A model generated the notes under the pieces. It searched no databases, was not told the DNA's origin, and worked only from the letters and a program-made list of their open reading frames with translations. From NCBI GenBank assembly GCA_902605365.1, contig CACLCM010000001.1:6762-70761 (forward strand): DNA of 64,000 bases, in the 5' to 3' direction. Source of the stretch: an uncultured Candidatus Poseidoniales archaeon (GTDB lineage: Archaea > Thermoplasmatota > Poseidoniia > Poseidoniales > Poseidoniaceae). The translations under genes and the position numbers were made by a program. How positions within the stretch are numbered: the stretch's first letter is position 1; every line of letters begins with the position of its first letter. Positions 47,892-57,472 of the stretch are shown in pieces.

Positions 47892-49244
47892 TCACCCCAG
47901 TTTTATCGCCGAATTCAGAATCGACAAAATCAATCCGAAAATAATGATTGTTAAAACAGAAGTCTGTAAAACATCAGTTTCATTATCAGCAAATTCAGCA
48001 AATTGTATTTCTCCCAAACTTTCCAAATATTGAGTAGTTGATTCTTTAGATTGCAAGAATTTTTCCATTATTCTTCTTTCCCATCCAATTGCAGCAGCAA
48101 TTCCAATTGCTAATACTGCAGATGTAATAATTTCACCAATCGGAATAATTGATTGAATCATTTCAATCAGTGTTGAGGATGCTATGACTACCAGGACAAT
48201 TACCATGGCTCTTGCAAAGAGGCCATTTCCGTCTTCAGAAGTATCAACTAAATTATAATTCAGTAAAACATACATCAGCAGCAGTGGTTGAACAAGATAT
48301 CCTGCTGTGGTATTAGTGAATGTGTTGTAAATTAACCACGATTCAGGCAAGCCATCGCATGTAGCGTATATGCAATCTTCAAGTGTGTCAAATATACTAT
48401 AATCTGCAATGAAACTGATAATTCCTACTATGAACCAAGCAAATACAACGCTGGTCAAGACGCTGTTTCCTTTTCTCGATGCGCGCAGACCTTCTCCGAT
48501 AAACATCGCTAAGAGGGTAGTTACAGCACTTCCAAGAAGTACACTTCTTGCAATAAAGAAGTATGTTGGATTGAGTTCAGGATCGATGTTTGCTACCCAA
48601 ACTGGAGTTGACCACTTTTCAGGTATTGTCAACCAGAGCAACCAATCAGTCAACCAATAGCCAACAAATGCAATTGCAAGTAATCCTGAAGCCGAAGATA
48701 TTACTCTAGCATTTTCATCTCCAAATCGTAATTCCTTCAAAGAAAACCTAACGTAAGTGAATCCAAAGAGAATAATTGGTATTCCATGAAGTCCAAGCCT
48801 AATCAACCAAGTTTCATAGGGATAGAAAACGTGTAGGCCTGAAATAAATAATGTAAATATTAAGATAAATGCAGATACAATTTTCTTAGAGTTTGCAGTC
48901 TGTAAAAACGGAAACGGGAAGAATAGAGGGATCACACACAGGATTGCTATTTCAGCAGATCTTGCTACAATTTCTAGCATCGAGAAAAAGAGTACCGAAT
49001 CAGTTTGTTCTGGGAACTGATACAAACTGTAGGTACTGGGTCCGGTCCACAATTCCCCACCTTGCATGTAACTACTAAACAACCCAAGTCCAGAGAAAAA
49101 CAGGAAAAATGCAAGTAATTTTGCCGCAAATAATTCATTCCATGCATTAGTCTTCGTTCTCTTAGCTAATACAAATGTAATCACTGCAAGTACAATGTTA
49201 ACCAGTGCTGAGATTGCTTCAAGAGATTTGAAATCTGCATACAT
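47892..49244 (-). CDS. Polytopic membrane protein (about 11 TM)
   Basis: 450-aa hydrophobic ORF; AT-rich; no recognisable catalytic motif. Confidence 0.7.
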   Translation of the reverse strand: MYADFKSLEAISALVNIVLAVITFVLAKRTKTNAWNELFAAKLLAFFLFFSGLGLFSSYMQGGELWTGPSTYSLYQFPEQTDSVLFFSMLEIVARSAEIAILCVIPLFFPFPFLQTANSKKIVSAFILIFTLFISGLHVFYPYETWLIRLGLHGIPIILFGFTYVRFSLKELRFGDENARVISSASGLLAIAFVGYWLTDWLLWLTIPEKWSTPVWVANIDPELNPTYFFIARSVLLGSAVTTLLAMFIGEGLRASRKGNSVLTSVVFAWFIVGIISFIADYSIFDTLEDCIYATCDGLPESWLIYNTFTNTTAGYLVQPLLLMYVLLNYNLVDTSEDGNGLFARAMVIVLVVIASSTLIEMIQSIIPIGEIITSAVLAIGIAAAIGWERRIMEKFLQSKESTTQYLESLGEIQFAEFADNETDVLQTSVLTIIIFGLILSILNSAIKLG

Positions 49245-49356
49245 GGCTACCGTTTCTCCTATTTGGTCGGGCTTAAAGACCTATTTAGGCAATCTCCCTG
49301 CTTGCATTCTTAACCATCGCTGTTGACCCTTAATTCAAAAAGGAGGAATACTAAGC

Positions 49357-50169
49357 ATGGGTGTGACCCAACCATTAGGATTGGCCGAAATCCCACCAAA
49401 TGACGTGTGGGACCTGTACATTTGGTTTCTCCTTATTCCTGCAATACTCAGAGGTTTACTACTCGCTAGACCCTTCCTTTCAGTCACCAAGCAACTCGCC
49501 CCGCATGGTGGTTGGGTTTTGAAGCGACTGAGAGAATTGCCAGTCAGAGGCTATACTTTACTCGCAGTCAACGAAATACTCGCATTTTCATTACCCATTG
49601 CAGTTGTATTGTTATTTAGATTTACAACAGATCCACTTGGGTGGCCTTCATGGTCTGAATCTAATTGGTTTGGATTGTTTTTGTTATTCTGTCTAGCATC
49701 TTTGTGGCTTCTTTTCGACTTCTATCGTGTAATGCGGGTAAGAAGAATGTTGAAGACAATTCAGAAACAAAATATTGCTCGTTTGAAGAAGATGGCAGAT
49801 ACTGGATTCAAGTTACGAGAATGGCTTCGAAAGTTTTCTCGAAGAGATAAAGCTGAGGAAATTGAAGATGAAGCTGTAGTGGCTGCAGTTGCAAAAACCT
49901 CCTTGAAAGCATGGGGGCTATTGGCATTCAAAGCTCGTAAATTAACACCTGCAGGATTAGTTGGTGCAGTGGCTACAGGAGCCGCTATTGAACTAACTAG
50001 AAGAGGTGCAGGAGTTGTTTCTGACAAGATTGATGACAAGATGCAAGAGGAGTTTGAGAAAATTTCGATTGCTAATAGTAAAACATTGATGCAATTATTC
50101 CTGCGAGATTTTGCAATGGGAATCGCTCCATTACTCGCATTGTGGCTAATTCCACTGCTATTACCTTGA
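49357..50169 (+). CDS. Hypothetical membrane protein
   Basis: 270-aa ORF with several TM helices and an AGGAGG RBS. Confidence 0.65.
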   Translation: MGVTQPLGLAEIPPNDVWDLYIWFLLIPAILRGLLLARPFLSVTKQLAPHGGWVLKRLRELPVRGYTLLAVNEILAFSLPIAVVLLFRFTTDPLGWPSWSESNWFGLFLLFCLASLWLLFDFYRVMRVRRMLKTIQKQNIARLKKMADTGFKLREWLRKFSRRDKAEEIEDEAVVAAVAKTSLKAWGLLAFKARKLTPAGLVGAVATGAAIELTRRGAGVVSDKIDDKMQEEFEKISIANSKTLMQLFLRDFAMGIAPLLALWLIPLLLP

Positions 50170-50212
50170 GAAGGTTGAAGGAGCATAGGCCACGCCCCTT
50201 GTAATGAGAGAC

Positions 50213-50905
50213 ATGGCGCTTCTCATCCTCATGCGGCACGGACAATCAATGTGGAATGCTGCCAATTTGTTTACTGGTTGGGTTGATGTTCCACTAACCA
50301 ACAAAGGAATTGAGGAAGCAATTTCCGGTGGGAAAGAGATAGCATCGCTTCCAATCGATGAAGTCCACGTCTCAACCTTAATCCGTGCACAGATGACTGC
50401 AATGCTAGCTTTAGCACAGCATGATTCCGGTAAAACTCCTATTTTCCAATACTCTGATAGTGAAGATTCGATGAGTGAAAATGAATCGAGAATGGCTCAA
50501 TGGGCTCAATCAAATGATTCAGGAGAAAATACTCTTCCAGTGCATGTTTCATGGCAACTTAATGAGCGCATGTATGGCGATTTACAAGGTCTAGACAAAC
50601 AAGAAACCCGTGACAAGTATGGCGATGAGCAAGTTCACATTTGGCGCCGTTCATACGATGTACCACCTCCAAATGGTGAGTCGTTAGAATTGACAGCGGC
50701 GCGAACAATTCCTTATCTGCAATCAGAAATCATGTCTTCATTAGAAGAGGGGAAGAATGTGTTCGTAGCAGCTCACGGCAATAGTTTACGCTCAATAGTA
50801 ATGCAAATAGAAGGCTTGTCGAAGGAAGAAGTTCTCAAATTAGAGATTCCAACAGGCCAACCAATTGTCTACGAGTGGTCCCAATCTGGCTGGCATCGCA
50901 GGTGA
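50213..50905 (+). CDS. gpmA: 2,3-bisphosphoglycerate-dependent phosphoglycerate mutase
   Basis: RHGQSMWN, FTGWVDVPL, LNERMYGDLQGLDK, WRRSYDVPPP, AHGNSLR and IPTG. Confidence 0.95.
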   Translation: MALLILMRHGQSMWNAANLFTGWVDVPLTNKGIEEAISGGKEIASLPIDEVHVSTLIRAQMTAMLALAQHDSGKTPIFQYSDSEDSMSENESRMAQWAQSNDSGENTLPVHVSWQLNERMYGDLQGLDKQETRDKYGDEQVHIWRRSYDVPPPNGESLELTAARTIPYLQSEIMSSLEEGKNVFVAAHGNSLRSIVMQIEGLSKEEVLKLEIPTGQPIVYEWSQSGWHRR

Positions 50906-50909
50906 GGAT

Positions 50910-51326
50910 ATGTCTGCTGCAAAATGGCAATGGTTGCCCGCAATGTATGTTGCAGGATTACTTTTGATGAATATCATGAGTATTCCTTTGGGCTATTCTG
51001 AAATGCCAGACGAATGTCCAGAAGGATCTCACAACTGTGACTATCGTATAATTGCCTTAGATGTGGGAGAAGAAGAACTTCACGATGCGATGGAAGAATG
51101 GGCGCATGACCGTTCATTTACCACGACATTTAGCCCCGGTCATATCGTTGACAGAACCCTAGTTTTCCAATTTCCAGATGACATCCATTATTCCAACGAA
51201 TGTGGTACAGTTGACTTATTCAGTAAGTCAAGACTTGGCTCATACGACTACGAAGTTAACAGCGATAGATTAGACGAGATTCAAGAATATCTATTGGAAT
51301 ATGATTTCGAAACCACCTGTCAATAA
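50910..51326 (+). CDS. DUF1499-like protein
   Basis: CPEGSHNC, FQFPDD and SKSRLGSYDYEVNSDRL; AGGTGAGG RBS. Confidence 0.7.
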   Translation: MSAAKWQWLPAMYVAGLLLMNIMSIPLGYSEMPDECPEGSHNCDYRIIALDVGEEELHDAMEEWAHDRSFTTTFSPGHIVDRTLVFQFPDDIHYSNECGTVDLFSKSRLGSYDYEVNSDRLDEIQEYLLEYDFETTCQ

Positions 51327-52012
51327 GCGATACCATCTTCGTTTACAAACACGACATTGACTCCTAATCCTGCCTTGTGAAAGGCGATTAGTTCTAGCGA
51401 ATGGATGCGGTGTCCGGTTGGCGCAACTCCCAACACCTTTCGCTTGTCTTTTCTAGAAAACCAAGATTTCTTTTCACCTATAACACGCCTTTCTCCTTCG
51501 ATTCCATCGAACCAGGGGAGTGGCCCTTCCGGGGAGAATTCAATTCCAAGAATAAGGTCAACACCATCTGTAGATTGAGCAGCATCAGCATCTGCTTCGC
51601 TAGGAATGGCGGGACAATTAGGATGAGTATGTAGCCAATGAGTAAACCTTCCAGCACGTGGTCCTCTATCGCTACCAAACACTTCATCTGTCCACTCCTC
51701 TGGTAAATGGTGAACCGAAAATGAGTTGCCACGGTTAACCATCTTTGCTTCATTAATTCGATAACCTTGACCGGCGAAAAGATTGGTCTTCTGGCTCCCA
51801 CCTTGGAATTCAACTTCGATTTCAGGAAGGTTCCGATTTGAGGAAACATCTAGACCAACGAGGATTTCATCTGGTAATGACTTGAAAGCCCATTCAAGAA
51901 TCTCTTCCAAAATACTGGCAGGAAAGTGTACCTGAGCCACATATTCTTCTCGACGGTTATGCGATTCATCATTGTAGATGGCGACCGCATCTGCTAACCA
52001 GTCGCTCACCAT
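51320..52012 (-). CDS. JAB/MPN+ (JAMM) metalloprotease
   Basis: PDEI...HTHPNCPAIPSEAD fits the E-x-HxH-x7-S-x2-D motif. Confidence 0.8.
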   Translation of the reverse strand: MVSDWLADAVAIYNDESHNRREEYVAQVHFPASILEEILEWAFKSLPDEILVGLDVSSNRNLPEIEVEFQGGSQKTNLFAGQGYRINEAKMVNRGNSFSVHHLPEEWTDEVFGSDRGPRAGRFTHWLHTHPNCPAIPSEADADAAQSTDGVDLILGIEFSPEGPLPWFDGIEGERRVIGEKKSWFSRKDKRKVLGVAPTGHRIHSLELIAFHKAGLGVNVVFVNEDGIAY

Positions 52013-52102
52013 GTAACGGCGAAGAAGTGCTTAGACATGAAGAAGTCGCAAAATTAGTCTTGTCGGGCAATACTTGAATACCCCCGCTACCACTAAAGCA
52101 CC

Positions 52103-52795
52103 ATGGCGAAGAAGAAAGGTGGCTTGGGGAGATTCCTCGGTGCGTTAACAGGCAGCCCCTATGAACGCCTTCAGAAACAAATCGACAAGGTTGTTTCAGA
52201 AGCAGGAAGCGACAAAGCTCTTGCCAAAACCTTGAAGAAATTAGTCAAGGCTATTGGCCAGCAATATGATGAGGGCAATATCGATGACGAAGAGCATGAT
52301 CTGTTGCTCGAAGACATCGAAGAAAAGGACCCTGAGGGACGTACATTCTCTAAGTTAACAGATGACAGTGACTCATTCTATGACGATGGCGACATGCCGG
52401 ATTCTCCAGAACTAAATCTAGGGAAGCGTAAGAATCTTGATGATTTGATGAAATCTCAAGGAACAGAATTTACTGGCTCTTATGGACGAGATGAATTCGA
52501 AGAATATCGTCAGTCAATGGCTGCTGATTTCTATGCTGAATCTGATGATGCAATCGCAGCGGGCGACCATCAGCATGAAATCCGAACTCAAAACCGAGTA
52601 TTCGCTGATGCGGAAGATGGAATTGGGCAACTAAAGAAACAGATGGCTGAAGAAAGCGGTCTAGAGGACCCTACGGCTACTGAAGAGGATGAGAATTACT
52701 ACACCGATGATGATGGTATCGAATGGTGGAAGGATGATGATGGCTACTGGTGGTACCGTAAGCCTGGTCAAAATGATTGGCAGCCTCACGATTGA
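52103..52795 (+). CDS. Acidic hypothetical protein with a Trp-rich C-terminal mini-domain
   Basis: 230-aa ORF ending DDDGIEWWKDDDGYWWYRKPGQNDWQPHD. Confidence 0.7.
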   Translation: MAKKKGGLGRFLGALTGSPYERLQKQIDKVVSEAGSDKALAKTLKKLVKAIGQQYDEGNIDDEEHDLLLEDIEEKDPEGRTFSKLTDDSDSFYDDGDMPDSPELNLGKRKNLDDLMKSQGTEFTGSYGRDEFEEYRQSMAADFYAESDDAIAAGDHQHEIRTQNRVFADAEDGIGQLKKQMAEESGLEDPTATEEDENYYTDDDGIEWWKDDDGYWWYRKPGQNDWQPHD

Positions 52796-53133
52796 GTAGG
52801 CCATATCTCGAGACTGGAAACCTCGAATTTCACAATACCAATATCTGCACCCAGTTTTACCATTGCATTATTTGCCATTGAGGCAGAACTCATTGCAATT
52901 ATTTTCTTGGGCCTTTTGATTTCAGAATCAAGTAGGTTCCTCAATACTTCCAATCCCTTTGTTGGAGGCATGTAATGGTCCAGCATCAGTATGTCAGGTC
53001 CAAAGTCAAGAATGTGTTGTAAATGCTTACTAGAGTCCCAATATTGCTTGAATTCAATATTGGAAAAGTCAACTCCGCCACTAAGCAGCAGCGCTTCAAT
53101 ATCGACAGAGTCTTCGAAGGCTAGAACCTTCAT
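52786..53133 (-). CDS. Stand-alone response regulator receiver domain
   Basis: KVLAFED, PDILMLDHYMP (phospho-acceptor Asp), IIAMSS, GAD and VK. Confidence 0.8.
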   Translation of the reverse strand: MKVLAFEDSVDIEALLLSGGVDFSNIEFKQYWDSSKHLQHILDFGPDILMLDHYMPPTKGLEVLRNLLDSEIKRPKKIIAMSSASMANNAMVKLGADIGIVKFEVSSLEIWPTQS

Positions 53134-54989
53134 TCTTCAACATCCCACCAATTTGGAACCTCGAACCATTCTGGGGCATTTTCGCTTCTCTCAATTAGCG
53201 GTAGACTTAGTGTTGATGATGAGTCGATATTTACTCCCATTCCTAATGGAGCGCAAGCGCTTGGAAGGTAATCTTCTCCACTTTCTGTCAGAACGATTGA
53301 GATATCATTTCCAGCAGGAATTATTGCATCTATTGGATTGAATTCCATTTGCATTGTGTAAGTGGCAAATGGAATGACGGTTTGAGCTTCATGCCCGCCA
53401 TCTCTGTATCTAACATCCATAGTAGCATGTCCAATCCGTAGACCTTCTGTTGCATCATACATTGTGGCAAATATTTGACCGCCATCACAGCGAGTTGAAA
53501 CCGATAGGTGCAGGGTAGGTAGGCCAGAGATGAAGCGGGCATTTTCTGATGCAGGAATAGTCATAGTAACTCCAGAATTTGCACTTACTGAAGAACCGTC
53601 TGCTGTAACTTGGTCCAGAGTGATAACCTCCCATTCCATGTCTTCAGGTGGCCAGGTATCTTCGACATGCCATTCACCATCATTACGTTGCATCTGAACG
53701 TGAGATTCAGGCTCCTGGCCGTTTCCTTTGAGCCAATATTCGAACCATCCAAAGATTTCGACAGCCCAATCCATTCTGCTCATTTGTGGATATGCTTCAG
53801 CGCCATATCCCGATGTTAATCCACCATGTACTTGCGGTTGGTCTGGATAATTATGTGCCCATTGCCCCATGATTCCTCTAGCAGGAATTCCCGCATCCCT
53901 GAGCAATTGGTAGGTAGGGAAGGCATGGTAAGGGTCAACGTTCCAATCTTGCATTCCCCACACAAGGTAAACACTGCCTTTGTAATTCTCTAATACGTCT
54001 GGAAGGTGTCTTCTTTCATCCCAGTAATCATTCCATTCTGCACCTCCATAGTGTGCCCATAATTGAGTTGTAAACGGATTAAGAGGTCCTATCAAATCAT
54101 CTTGACAAACTCTCAACTCATCAGTTGTTAGATCGCTGGTAGCAGCCTGATATGCTGCATCATAACCTAGGGCTCTAAACTCACTAGATCCGTTTCGATA
54201 GAACATTTCTTGTACGCCAATAGAGCCTGAAATAGGGACGATTGTTTTCAAGTGTTCAGAAGGATTTTGTGCAGCTTCCCAGTTGGTTGTACCCGCATAC
54301 GATTTGCCCATTAGCCCAACATTACCGTTCGACCACTCCTGCTTTCCAAGCCAATCTACAACGGCTTGGATTCCTGTTTGCTCTCCCAATCCTTTGACAT
54401 CTTGGCAGTGTGTAGATTTACCAGTTCCAAAAGTTGATGATTGTGCGAGTGCATATCCATGGGAGATGAAATTGTCGTACACCCAAGCGCCAATTCCACC
54501 ATCGGGAACTGTGTTTGGATTCGAATCATCGCCAACACCAGGCATGCCTTCACCACCAAAGTCGTAGTACGGATGAATTGTCATTATTACTGGAACAGTT
54601 ACTCCTTCAGGAACATCTGGCAACCACAAAGCAACATGCATAACATCATCCTCAGGGAAGCCTGCATCCTCTTCGGAAGCAGGTAATTCTACAGAGACAT
54701 AGTGTTCTGTGTATGTGAGCACCTCATATGGCTCGTGTGAAGATGGGGGCGGCAAAACCGACCTCGCTTGTGTTAGATTCAAATCCATCTTATGTCTCTC
54801 ATGCAAAGGTGTTTGCCACCACTCTGTCGATTGGTTAGAACCTATCTCATCGGTTACCACTTGACCTATTCCAATGCCCAAGAAAAGGAATACAATTGCA
54901 ACAGCAATAGTTGCCCCTAGAGTGAAATTAAGAGCACCATTGCCCGAGTCCGGCGTGATTTCAGCCTCGAACACCTCCTCTTCCATCAT
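53130..54989 (-). CDS. CocE/NonD family (S15) hydrolase, second paralog
   Basis: GTGKSTHC, WSNGNVGLMGKSYAG, WGMQDWNV and GQWAH; N-terminal TM. Confidence 0.88.
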   Translation of the reverse strand: MMEEEVFEAEITPDSGNGALNFTLGATIAVAIVFLFLGIGIGQVVTDEIGSNQSTEWWQTPLHERHKMDLNLTQARSVLPPPSSHEPYEVLTYTEHYVSVELPASEEDAGFPEDDVMHVALWLPDVPEGVTVPVIMTIHPYYDFGGEGMPGVGDDSNPNTVPDGGIGAWVYDNFISHGYALAQSSTFGTGKSTHCQDVKGLGEQTGIQAVVDWLGKQEWSNGNVGLMGKSYAGTTNWEAAQNPSEHLKTIVPISGSIGVQEMFYRNGSSEFRALGYDAAYQAATSDLTTDELRVCQDDLIGPLNPFTTQLWAHYGGAEWNDYWDERRHLPDVLENYKGSVYLVWGMQDWNVDPYHAFPTYQLLRDAGIPARGIMGQWAHNYPDQPQVHGGLTSGYGAEAYPQMSRMDWAVEIFGWFEYWLKGNGQEPESHVQMQRNDGEWHVEDTWPPEDMEWEVITLDQVTADGSSVSANSGVTMTIPASENARFISGLPTLHLSVSTRCDGGQIFATMYDATEGLRIGHATMDVRYRDGGHEAQTVIPFATYTMQMEFNPIDAIIPAGNDISIVLTESGEDYLPSACAPLGMGVNIDSSSTLSLPLIERSENAPEWFEVPNWWDVEE

Positions 54990-55078
54990 ACGCGACGAAC
55001 CATTTCTCACTCATCAGCCTTCGCTTGTTTGACTTCATCAGTACAAATCCTCAAAGAGTGAATTGTATAGGAGTAAAT

Positions 55079-55474
55079 ATGAGCGAACATTACACTGTAG
55101 CAGGCCAAACAATACCCAATCTTACCGCAGGATATGGTGGTTTTCTAATTCTCTGGGGAGTTGTAATTTCTCAGTTATCAGATTCTAATTCGATAACTTC
55201 GTATTTTCCATCTCTGCTAGGAATACCTCTCCTACTGTCGGGAGTACTGGCAATGAAAATGCCTGAAAAGAGAAAACTTTGGATGCACATCGCCGCAACG
55301 TTTGGACTACTGTGTGCTATCGGCGGCACTCGTTTCTTCATGGTAATGGGAGATGGTCTGAATTATGCTTCAAGTTCAATGCTTATGCTACTCTTGACTG
55401 GCTCAGCATTCACTTATTTCTGCGTTCAATCCTTTATTCACGCAAGAAAAGCCAGAGAAGCCTTGGAAGAATGA
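55079..55474 (+). CDS. Small four-TM membrane protein (TMEM14-like)
   Basis: GGFLILWG, SITSYFP, RKLWMHIA and VQSFIHARK. Confidence 0.7.
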   Translation: MSEHYTVAGQTIPNLTAGYGGFLILWGVVISQLSDSNSITSYFPSLLGIPLLLSGVLAMKMPEKRKLWMHIAATFGLLCAIGGTRFFMVMGDGLNYASSSMLMLLLTGSAFTYFCVQSFIHARKAREALEE

Positions 55475-55505
55475 TTTCATCATGTTTGAGCGATTGGAGT
55501 CAAAC

Positions 55506-56444
55506 ATGCGGGCAATAGCTGTACTACTCAGTGTGCTCATGCTATCTTCAGTTTCTGGTGTAGACTATGAGACTGGAGACGAGGACTGGAGGGATGTCGA
55601 AGTTGATATGTCGGCTTGGAGCGATGGTCCTGAATTAGAAGGTTCACCGATGGATACACCTCAGTCAGGAGATGCTGTACTAGTAATCCAAGTTGATTAC
55701 AAACCAAGCCATCTTGAATCTGCAGTTCAAGGAGAAATTGTCATAGAATTATTCGAAGAATGGGCTCCTATAACAACAAAGAACATGATTAAAAATGTAG
55801 AAAATGACATCTACAACGGTATATTCTTCCATCGCGTAATCGATGATTTCGTAACTCAATCAGGCGACCCTACCTGTAAAGCAGCAGGGATTTATCCAGC
55901 CACTAGTTTAACCTGCGGAAGCGGTGGTCCAGGTGAAAATATCGTTCTAGAGCATCATGAAAATTTGTCACATGTGGATGGGGCAATAGGTATGGCTAGA
56001 AGTCAAGACCCTGATAGTGCAGATTCACAGTGGTATATCGCTGAAACAGAAGCTCATGGCCTAGACCCTGAGAATAGGGAGGATGAAGGATATGCAACGT
56101 TTGGAATAGTGAGGAACGGAATGAGTCATGTCCGGGCGATTGCTATGGTTCCAACATCTGATGACCCAACTGGTGAAGAAATCGTAGTCAACCCAGCATC
56201 ATCTGCAGGCCGGCCTATTTGGGAAGTTCACATATCTAACGTCGAGATGATTGGAGTTATTCCGTATGATAAATCTGGAGGCGAAGTAGAATCGCAATCA
56301 TTTTTGTCAACAGCAGTCGGAAAAACAACTCTCGGTTTGGGAATAATTGTAATCGCAGTGGCGGGTTATGCAGCATTCACTAGAACTAAAGAAGACGAGC
56401 CAGATGCGATTTTGTTGGATTTGGTAGACGAAGAAATCGATTAA
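55506..56444 (+). CDS. Exported, membrane-anchored cyclophilin-type peptidyl-prolyl isomerase
   Basis: APITTKN, YNGIFFHRVIDDFVTQSGDP, GAIGMARSQDPDSADSQWYI and YATFG; signal peptide plus C-terminal TM. Confidence 0.9.
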   Translation: MRAIAVLLSVLMLSSVSGVDYETGDEDWRDVEVDMSAWSDGPELEGSPMDTPQSGDAVLVIQVDYKPSHLESAVQGEIVIELFEEWAPITTKNMIKNVENDIYNGIFFHRVIDDFVTQSGDPTCKAAGIYPATSLTCGSGGPGENIVLEHHENLSHVDGAIGMARSQDPDSADSQWYIAETEAHGLDPENREDEGYATFGIVRNGMSHVRAIAMVPTSDDPTGEEIVVNPASSAGRPIWEVHISNVEMIGVIPYDKSGGEVESQSFLSTAVGKTTLGLGIIVIAVAGYAAFTRTKEDEPDAILLDLVDEEID

Positions 56445-57415
56445 TCAATCCTCAGATCTAGTACCACATGTCTGATGTGTGGACAATATTGCTTAACATC
56501 TTCCAAGTGTAATGCAGTCGCATTCTTACCACTTACTGTTGCAAACCATTCTGTAGTCTTTCCAACCCATTCCTCGATTTCATCCTCGTGGACATTCATG
56601 TGAACATGAATAGTTCCACCACTGGGCTTGAGACATCCTATCGCCAACCCCCATGCATTCATCGAAGAAGGAATCAAACCGAGGATAACACGGTCTGCAA
56701 TTCCTTTCAAACCTCTCATAGTAACTCGGTTATCACCGGGGTGGATAGTACATTTTTCTGCCACATTATTCCTAATCAGTCCCTTCTCTAATGCCGAAAT
56801 ACTATCGGGGTTTATTTCACAAGCATGTACGTGACTGGCTCCCCCTCTAACAAGGAATTGAAGGGTGTAATATCCAATTCCACAAAATGCATCGACTATC
56901 ACTTCCCCCTCACAGTCAATGGTCCCCATGCGTCCCCGTTCAGTGACATTACCCGATGAGAACATTACCGCTGTAGCATCAAATTCATACTCAACAAAAT
57001 TTTCTTTGTGAATTACCCATCCGTTTTCACCGTGAATTAATTTCATTTGGGACTGCCTTTTCATTCCAGGGTCTATCTCAGCTTGTATTGCTATTCGATT
57101 AGCTCCTAGAGCCCCAGCAACTTCTTCTAATGGCCAACCAGAAGTGTCGGTCCCTTCTTGGAAAATAACTAGGTCGCCCAACTTATCCCAGCGTTGTGGA
57201 GGATTTTCTAGTAATTTCTCCAATTTATCATGGGGATTTGTTTTTTCAACTATGTCAAAATCAAGTTCAATCTCACCTTCAATAACCGGTATTGCAATCA
57301 TTTCACCGTAAGGCATTGGTTTGAGATTAGGATTCAACAAGCCCTGTTCTTTCAACCGCTCAAACTCATCTGAAGCGATTTCTCGCGTGCACAGGTATGC
57401 GCGTGAGAGGGCCAT
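56441..57415 (-). CDS. TYW2/Taw2-like (Trm5/Met10+ family) SAM-dependent tRNA-modifying enzyme
   Basis: MFSSGNVTER, VDAFCGIGYY, CEINP, ADRVILGLIPSS and IHVHMN. Confidence 0.8.
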   Translation of the reverse strand: MALSRAYLCTREIASDEFERLKEQGLLNPNLKPMPYGEMIAIPVIEGEIELDFDIVEKTNPHDKLEKLLENPPQRWDKLGDLVIFQEGTDTSGWPLEEVAGALGANRIAIQAEIDPGMKRQSQMKLIHGENGWVIHKENFVEYEFDATAVMFSSGNVTERGRMGTIDCEGEVIVDAFCGIGYYTLQFLVRGGASHVHACEINPDSISALEKGLIRNNVAEKCTIHPGDNRVTMRGLKGIADRVILGLIPSSMNAWGLAIGCLKPSGGTIHVHMNVHEDEIEEWVGKTTEWFATVSGKNATALHLEDVKQYCPHIRHVVLDLRID

Positions 57416-57472
57416 AATTGACTGCTGGCAGGCAAAGCATGTTAAATGTCCCAGCAACACAAACCTGTTTGT

